From contig BLSG01000320.1 in the NCBI GenBank assembly GCA_012862495.1, forward strand, positions 1 through 39,392: 39,392 bases of DNA, read 5' to 3'. Every line of letters begins with the position of its first letter. Position 1 is the first letter of the stretch. Positions 33,907-39,392 of the stretch are shown here, in pieces. The position numbers and the translations under genes were made by a program. The notes beneath the pieces were generated by a model. It saw only the letters and a program-made list of their open reading frames with translations. It was not told where the DNA came from and ran no database searches. This DNA is from Thraustochytrium aureum (Eukaryota).

Positions 33907-36479
33907 CTGGGCCGGCTCGGCGTCGTGCAGTTCACCGACCTGAACCCCGGGCAGACCGTGTTCCAGCGACGCTATGTGCGCGAGGTACAGCGGTGCGACA
34001 CGATCGAACGCAAACTCAAGTACCTGGAGGAGCAGATGGAAAAGCGCAGGATCACCCCCCTGGCCAAGCCGGACCTGGAGCAGTTCTTGGACCGCCTGGA
34101 AACCCGGCACTCCGCGGAAGGCATGGCCCGCGAGCAGTCCAACTACATGGACAACCTGGAAATGCACGTGGACTCAAAGGAGGCCGAGCTGGTCCAGCTC
34201 AACCAGTACAACGAGTCTTTGAGCGACGAGCTCCGCGCGCAGCTCGAGCTACACAGTATCCTCGAGAAGGCCAAGGTGTACGCGTCGGAGAACGTCTCGA
34301 GCGTCACGACGCACGCTCGTAGCGCACCGGTGGGCAACGGCGACCACGAGCTCGGGGACACGCCCGGCGCTGGCGGCGTCGACGACATTCGCTTCCGCTT
34401 TCTTGCCGGCGTGTGCGACTCGGAGGACAAGAGCAAGTTTGAGCGCATGGTCTTCCGGTCCACACGCAGCAACTGCCTGATGCGGTTCTACACCGTCGAG
34501 GTCCCCGCGGACGACGGGTCGACGGGGCGGATGCTCACCAAGGAGGTCTTCTTCTTCTTCTTCCAGAGCGCCCTGATCCAGGACAAGATCAAGCGCATCG
34601 CGGACGCGTTTGGCGCCAAGCTGCACCAGATCCCCGAGCTGAGCGACGAGGCCGCGATCGACGCCAAGTCAAGCGAGGTCTACGCCGATATCGAAGACCG
34701 CCGCCGCGTTCTGGGCCGCAACCGAAGCGACATCTCCGTGCTGCTGCAGGAAGTTGCCAGCTTTCTTGAGGTCGGCAAGTGGGTCACGATGCGCGAGAAG
34801 GCGATCTACCACACCATGAACCACTTCAGCCCTGACGTGCAGGGTGTTCTGCGCGCCGAGGGCTGGGTGATCAGCGCCAAGCGCGACCAAGTGGTGGACC
34901 TGGTCCTGAAGGCGCACGCCGAGGCCGAGGGCGATGCCGGTACGCTGCCGAGCTCTGTGAGCACGCTGCCCGAGTCCAAGTGGCCTTCGGCGGCGCCGAC
35001 CTACTTTAAGACCAACAAGTTCACGTCGGCGTACCAGGCTATCGTGGACACGTACGGCGTGCCCCGGTACGAAGAAGCCAACCCTGCGGTGATGTCTGTA
35101 ATCACCTTTCCGTTCGCGTTTGGGATCATGTTTGGCGACATTGGCCACGGCGTGCTGCTGTTCATTGCGGCGGTGTACATGGTTTACAACGAAGACAAGT
35201 ACGCCTACCTTGCCAAGGGCGAGGCGGGCATCATTTACGGCGGTCGGTACATGATGGTTCTGATGGGCTTTTTGCGACCTACTGCGGTTTCATCTACAAC
35301 GACTTTTTCGCCATGGGCCTCCTGCTCTGGCCCACGCAGTGGATCCAGCAGCCCACGAACCCGGAACAACCCCTCTCCGTCTACTTTGAGCCCGCGGGTG
35401 GCACCTACCCGTTTGGCGTGGACCCGACCTGGCACCGCTCCAGCAACGACCTGCTCTACTTCAACTCGGTCAAGATGAAGATGGCCGTCATTTTCGGCGT
35501 CATCCAAATGACGATCGGCCTCATTCACCGTGTGCAGAACGCCGTCTTCTTCAACAAGCGCGGCCTCCTCCACAATTTGGACCTCTGGTTCGAGGCGCTC
35601 CCCATGATCGTCTTCATGATGTCACTCTTCGGCTACATGTGCGTTCTAATCTTGTACAAGTGGAGCCTGCGTTGGGTGTGGGACAACAACCCCGACCCCA
35701 GTGCGCTCGGCGCATCGACATGCAATTTTACCGACACGGGTTCCACCGCCTTGGGGTGCGACCGCACCAACTGCTGCAACCCTCCCGCGCTCATCACCCA
35801 GCTGATCAACATTGCGCTCGCCATCGGCGACGTGCCGCCGACCGAGCAGCTCTACAACAACCAGGGCCAAGTGCAGACCATCCTCCTGCTCATCGCTGTT
35901 ATCATGGTCCCGCTCATGCTCATCCCCAAGCCGTTCTTCGCTATCCGCCGCATGAAGTCTGAGCATGTGCACGACCACGCCGCCTCCAGCCACGGTGAAG
36001 ACGAGGGCCACACGGACCTTATGCTTGGGGAGCACGCTGTTGCTGACCATGTTCCGGATGCGCTTGGCAGCGCTCCCGCTGCCGACACGGAGCAGGAAGG
36101 CCATAGTGCGGGCGATGTGATCGTGCACCAGGCCATTGAGACGATCGAGTTTTGCCTTGGCTGCATTTCCAACACAGCCTCTTACCTTCGCCTTTGGGCC
36201 CTGTCGCTGGCGCACTCGCAGCTCGCCTCCGTGTTCCTCGAGAAGGCGCTGTTGGACTTTATCACGGGGGGCGGGGCGGGCGGTGTGCTTGGTGCTTTCA
36301 TTGGGTACGCCGTCTTTGCGGCCATTACCTTTGCGGTTCTCATGCTCATGGACAACCTCGAGTGCTTTCTGCACGCGCTGCGCCTTCACTGGGTCGAGTT
36401 CCAGAACAAATTCTTTCGTGGCGACGGTGTGGCTTTCTCGCCACTCTCGTTCCGCTCGGTCCTCTTGGACGTCGCGTAG
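33907..36479 (+). CDS. V-type proton ATPase subunit a (V0); first ~30 codons not visible; frameshift in T run near 35270
   Basis: LGVVQFTDLN..FQRRYV, PTYFKTNKFT..YQAIVDTYGVPRYEEANP, MFGDIGHG, YPFGVDP, HQAIETIEFCLGCISNTASYLRLWALSLAH (essential Arg), LHALRLHWVEFQNKF. Confidence 0.95.
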
Positions 36480-36577
36480 ATTCCCACCTACTCACCTACT
36501 CAATAAGCAACCACCTTGTGCGCGAGGAATTCTAATTTCCTTTCTCCCCACAGCCCAGTCCGCGCGGTCAAATGCGC

Positions 36578-36580
<3 letters not shown>

Positions 36581-36608
<28 letters not shown>

Positions 36609-36905
36609 GTGGCAGTCCAGCCGCATGCGCGTTAAACTTGTCCGGGCAGACCGCCTTGCTTGGCCTGCAGGCGCGAACGGCAGCAGCAACATGTGCGGTA
36701 GCGGCTGTCCTGTGTCTATCCTTCGTTTGCCCAGCCGGCTCCTCGCGAGCAGAGTTGCAGCTCAAGCCAGGCAGGCAGGCAGGCGGGCAGGCGGGCAGGC
36801 AGGCAGGCAGGCAGGCAGGCACGCAGGCAGGCAGGCAGGCTGGCTGGCAGACTCACGGACAGTCGATCGACGATTGTTCGATAGACAGATAGTAGATAGA
36901 TAGGT
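36581..36905. repeat. (CAG)n, (GGCA)n and (GATA)n microsatellite cluster
   Basis: Read directly at 36581-36609, 36767-36850 and 36880-36903. Confidence 0.85.
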
Positions 36906-37038
36906 TGGTAGCACTCTCTCAGGCGCCTCCGGGGCTGCAGAGTGAGGGCCTGGTTTGCGCGCACGAGGCAGGCCTCCACCTGCCGGCCGGGTGCTGCCGA
37001 GGCAGGTAGATATTGCTGCAGCGAGCTCCCAGCCGACG

Positions 37039-38340
37039 ATGCGGCCGCAGCGGTATGTGGCCGTCGGGAGCGACAACAACAGGGAGAATGTGCTGGCCAT
37101 GATGGACGAGGACCACGCCTCAGACCTGCATTATGCATCGGATGACGAAGAGCAGGAGGAAGCGGCGACAGACGCGCACGGCGCGCCCCGCGTTGACCGG
37201 TCTGGCGCTGTGGTGGTCCACCTTGACCTGGACGTTGAGAACCGCGACCTGAACAAGTCGATTCTCGGCGAGGGGCAGGGCAAGCGTGCAGGCCACGACA
37301 AGCACGTAGCAGTGAGCGCGCTGGACGAAAAGCGGAGGATGGAGCGTATGGACGTCGTTGCGAACGGGGAGCGCGCCCCAACACAAGTCGCACAGCGACG
37401 CCGCCTCGCGCTGTGCGCCGTACTCCTCTTTGTTGGGGTGCTGATGGGAATCGTCGTGGTGGAAGGCGTGGTCAGCGGAGTGCGGCAAGGCTTGTTTGCG
37501 CAGAAACGGCGCGCCCCAGGCCGCAAAGACGTCTACTTGATCACTTTCACGAACGACGGCGCCCCGCTTGCTTGGAATGCCACGAGCGTCGTGGGGAGCA
37601 AAGCGTTTGCCGTGGCAGCGCTAACAGCCATGTCCAAGATTGTGTTTCACGACTTTTCCGTCGAGTTTGCGGTGCGCACTGCCTCTGACCTGGTCGAGAT
37701 CGCCTGCGTCGAGGAAAAGCATCGCGAACTCTTCGTGCCGTCCAGCAACTGTTCAGCGGACCTCGCTTCGGTTGTCACCTCGGTGGCTAGCCTTCCTGTG
37801 GAAAGGTGCAAGCAGGACACCACAACCCCTCTCCAGCACGCGTTGACGTGCTATCACTCGCGGGGCGAAGCAAGCCCAACAGATGACCCCAAGCTGGTGG
37901 CGTTTTGGCGAGGCGTTTTTTCGGGCGTTGGCTTTGGCGAGGCGTTCAACTCGAGGTGTTGCGACCCAGATCAGGTCTACGTGGACCTTGCCCGACTTGG
38001 CACTCTGGAAATCTGCAAGGCGAGCGCTGACGCAGGCGAGAAGATACTTCGTTACTACGGCAAGGAAGAGACGCGTTCCTGTTCGGCCTCGATGTGCGGC
38101 TGCGAGTGCTTTGCAGACGAGTCGGCGCCGAGTAAGGTTGACGGGTCGAGGTGCCCGCGCGTCCCTGACCAAGTGAAGGGCATCAATATGTGCGCGTTGG
38201 CAGCATCGCAGTCTTCGACCAAGTTGACGTGCGCTGGCCTTCCGGCGCTTGCGAGCAGGTTCAAGGCCCAGCTGCGGCACTACCACGTCGACCTCGGCGC
38301 CGACGCGCGCTGCTATGGAGCTTTCAACCCAAGTGCGTAG
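37039..38340 (+). CDS. Uncharacterised type II single-pass membrane protein with Cys-rich lumenal domain
   Basis: Long ORF with acidic N-terminus, RRR followed by hydrophobic LALCAVLLFVGVLMGIVVV, and many Cys downstream. Confidence 0.65.
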   Translation: MRPQRYVAVGSDNNRENVLAMMDEDHASDLHYASDDEEQEEAATDAHGAPRVDRSGAVVVHLDLDVENRDLNKSILGEGQGKRAGHDKHVAVSALDEKRRMERMDVVANGERAPTQVAQRRRLALCAVLLFVGVLMGIVVVEGVVSGVRQGLFAQKRRAPGRKDVYLITFTNDGAPLAWNATSVVGSKAFAVAALTAMSKIVFHDFSVEFAVRTASDLVEIACVEEKHRELFVPSSNCSADLASVVTSVASLPVERCKQDTTTPLQHALTCYHSRGEASPTDDPKLVAFWRGVFSGVGFGEAFNSRCCDPDQVYVDLARLGTLEICKASADAGEKILRYYGKEETRSCSASMCGCECFADESAPSKVDGSRCPRVPDQVKGINMCALAASQSSTKLTCAGLPALASRFKAQLRHYHVDLGADARCYGAFNPSA

Positions 38341-38447
38341 GCCGACGCTTGCATTCTCTGGTGGTGATCTGTGTGCCTTGCCGCTGTCGTGGCCGACTGT
38401 CTCTTGTGCAACAAAATGCTTTTCTTGTATGGTTCCTCCTTGTCCTG

Positions 38448-39047
38448 TCACATGGATTGCTGCAAAAAAGTCCTGATGCGGTTGAGCATCTCCGCCTTAA
38501 TAGCATCGGGCACCGTCGCTACAGCGCACAAGTATGCGATGATGTCAGGATGCGGCCTGCTGACCCTCAGTGCAAACACAGTGCAGCAAAAACCAAAACA
38601 AAAACCTACCGCGCCCTCTGGGTGTAACCTCGGCGATCAGCTCGTCTACGGCGATTTTTTCGGTGCCTTTATTGCGGATGATTTCTGGGAAGCGGACCTG
38701 TCAGGCCCAGCCCGTTCCACAGAATGCCAGCGCAAGAGCAAAGTCGCGGGTTGCATTCTCCTTGCGGCATGACTTACCCTTGCAGTACGCTTTGAGCTCG
38801 TCCCGCCATCCGCACTCGATGAGCTTTGTTCTTAGTAGCTCCTCCAACCTGGGCCCCCGGGGCGATTGCGTGCTCGCCGTCAGTCGTCGAAAGCGTCCCA
38901 GCAACTGGTCCGTGGCTCGCCACTTCATTCGGCAGCTACATACCTCTCCCGCTCACCGGTTTCTTCGAGCTGTGCGCTGATGGAGGACCTCAGCTGCTGC
39001 TCGCGTTTTTTTCGCTGCAGCGCGCTCGCTTCAACGCGAGGGTCCAT
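38448..39047 (-). CDS. ENY2: Transcription and mRNA export factor ENY2/Sus1; exons 39047-38944, 38848-38778, 38684-38610, 38518-38448 (106 aa)
   Basis: Three GT-AG introns (95, 93, 91 nt) splice to ...[39 protein letters not shown]...[31 protein letters not shown]. Confidence 0.93.
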
Positions 39048-39110
39048 GGATGACCTCGTCTCGTGCTGCCAATGCTTCTGACGATGCTGCTGCTTGTCTA
39101 CCGCTGGTTT

Positions 39111-39205
39111 CTGGATGGATGGACGGATGGACGGATGGGTGTCTGTCTGGATGGACGGGTGTCTGCCTGGATGGATGGATGGATGGGTGTCTGTCTGGAT
39201 GGACG
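39111..39205. repeat. (GGAT/GGAC)n compound microsatellite upstream of ENY2
   Basis: Read directly. Confidence 0.85.
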
Positions 39206-39392
39206 CCCGCCCGCCTGCCTCGATTTGGCATGGGCTCTCCGCTTCGGAAGGTGCAAACAACGAGCTTACGTAACAAAGGGCAATCTCTATTCTTCATGAC
39301 ACAATTGGAACGGACATAACGGTACACCAGCAAGACATGGTGAACGCATTCGCCTCCACGGTCGGGTCTACTGAGGAGGAAGCAGGAGATTC

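Noticed and set aside
6317..39047. Functional clustering of mRNA-export genes (UBM protein, ENY2) or of the two TIR-type genes
   Set aside because: They are 20-32 kb apart with unrelated housekeeping genes between; no evidence beyond chance.

Overview
GC-rich, gene-dense eukaryotic (protist) nuclear DNA from a gapped draft scaffold with 10 N-gaps. It is not prokaryotic: spliceosomal GT-AG introns are present. A stramenopile or labyrinthulid-like origin is plausible but is only an inference. About 13 protein genes, plus a possible gene start at the left edge: (1) a ~1600-aa LRR / degenerate ankyrin / protein kinase / TIR / pseudo-TIR protein, the most unusual locus; (2) a 4-exon gene with a UAP56-binding motif and 8 CCHC zinc knuckles; (3) an N-acylated START / Tudor-like x2 / START protein; (4) a secreted SdrD-B / LamG-like / mucin / vWA protein; (5) a ~2000-aa helical protein of unknown function; (6) YIPF3-like; (7) a TIR/HET-like domain + TPR protein; (8) FEN1; (9) an ABHD/YheT-like hydrolase; (10) a GYG voltage-gated channel with degenerate CNBD; (11) V-ATPase subunit a; (12) an unknown type II membrane protein; (13) a 4-exon ENY2/Sus1. 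There is also a 170-bp tandem repeat and many mini/microsatellites upstream of genes. About 12 single-base frameshifts, including in essential genes, most likely reflect sequencing error. All family calls come from motif recognition; no database search was run.
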